Shown here one piece after another: positions 63,168 through 64,000 of a stretch of 64,000 nucleotides of DNA (its first letter is position 1; the number at the start of each line of letters is the position of its first letter). The translations under genes and the position numbers were made by a program. This stretch comes from Gammaproteobacteria bacterium (lineage in GTDB: Bacteria > Pseudomonadota > Gammaproteobacteria > UBA4575). The notes beneath the pieces are model-generated. The model did no database searches. It was not told the origin of the DNA and saw nothing but the letters and a program-made list of their open reading frames with translations. The stretch covers positions 736,001 through 800,000 of the forward strand of contig CBDEUS010000001.1 of assembly GCA_965243395.1 (NCBI GenBank), in the 5' to 3' direction.

Positions 63168-63626
63168 CTACCAATGTTGATGAATATCACGAAGCATATT
63201 TAGATCATGCCGTTTTCCATTTAAATAATCATTCAAGCTTTCTGTAACCATTGTGCTTCGTATTCTTGTTTCAGGTAGTGCAAGGATGTCATTTTTATCG
63301 TGCCAATCTGCATTTAATATCCCGTCATCAAGTTTTGTAGATACTTGATGATCACTACAACTTCCACAGAATGTAAAACGCAAAAAGGTTTCATCTTTAC
63401 GTGGATGTTGCCAACGATATATACCGACCAGAGCAGATGGGTAAAATTCCCAACCAGTTTCTTCTAAGGTTTCGCGTTGCGCAGCTTCTATGAGTGTTTC
63501 ACCTGCTTCCCAATGACCCGCAGGTTGGTTAAGGACTGCTATTCCTTCAACCATTTCTTCTACAAGTAAAAATTTTTGATCACGCTCAATTACTGCAGCT
63601 ACAGTGATATGTGGTTCCCATTTCAT
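63168..63626 (-). CDS. nudJ: Nudix hydrolase NudJ
   Basis: PHITVAAVIE, NQPAGHWE.GE....AA.RETLEETG; upstream of mnmA. Confidence 0.88.
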   Translation of the reverse strand: MKWEPHITVAAVIERDQKFLLVEEMVEGIAVLNQPAGHWEAGETLIEAAQRETLEETGWEFYPSALVGIYRWQHPRKDETFLRFTFCGSCSDHQVSTKLDDGILNADWHDKNDILALPETRIRSTMVTESLNDYLNGKRHDLNMLRDIHQHW

Positions 63627-63918
63627 AATTTAGATTGAATTTTGCGGCACAAATCCGGTGTTTTGAGAATATGTAAAATACTAATATTTATTAAATTTAA
63701 TCGATGAACAGTATATTATAATTTATATATTTCAATAGTTTATAATAACTATTTAAATAATATTATTGATTATGCTTGAAACGAACTCAAAATACACCAA
63801 TATTGGTATGTATTACACATTATCATTTAGTAGGCCAAATAGGGCGTTTTAGATATTGTAGCTAGGCTACAAAATAGTGCTGTATATAATATTAACGTAA
63901 TTGCTTTATACATTGAGT

Positions 63919-64000
63919 ATGTCTGATCAAGAACAACCTCGCCATGACGAAGAATTGCTCGTACAAGAGGCGAAACCGAAGGTTAAAAAGCCTCAGATGT
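63919..64000 (+). CDS. clpS: ClpS adaptor (N-terminal fragment, runs off the window)
   Basis: Read by eye: MSDQEQPRHDEELLVQEAKPKVKKPQM, the typical ClpS lead-in before Y.V.L.ND; usual synteny near nudJ/mnmA. Confidence 0.7.
   Translation, partial: MSDQEQPRHDEELLVQEAKPKVKKPQM

Noticed and set aside
63627-63918. Very AT-rich nudJ-clpS intergenic region
   Set aside because: No repeats, DnaA boxes, hairpins or ORF seen; consistent with divergent promoters

Overview
AT-rich (roughly 36-38% GC by eye) core-genome segment of a gammaproteobacterium. No CRISPR array, rRNA, tRNA, transposase or prophage gene was recognised. Housekeeping content, in order: prfB-lysS, ygfZ, an alphaproteobacterial-style sdhCDAB-sdhE-ygfX cluster, mdh/zapE, nagZ-mscS-hpt-MTI phosphorylase, csiV-mfd, a full ccmABCDEFGHI operon, aguAB, lolC/E-lolD, comEC-exbBD-msbA-lpxK-ycaR-kdsB-nudF, a GldA/F/G-like ABC system with DUF4340, purB, fumC, acnA, hflD-mnmA-nudJ and the start of clpS. 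The most interesting signals are regulatory. (1) A candidate ~99-nt sigma54/IHF-dependent small RNA with exposed anti-Shine-Dalgarno motifs lies between zapE and nagZ (13638-13736). (2) A c-di-GMP-I riboswitch (57413-57503, minus strand) has no ORF behind it. It is followed by a CU-rich tail that can pair back onto the aptamer, and it points antisense into a DUF1326 gene. (3) Two membrane-anchored GGDEF proteins with damaged cyclase sites but intact I-sites follow the ccm operon and fumC. (4) A stand-alone IscR paralogue lacks two cluster cysteines. (5) A lipoprotein may carry a LanB-elimination-like fold. All calls are by eye; no database searches were run.
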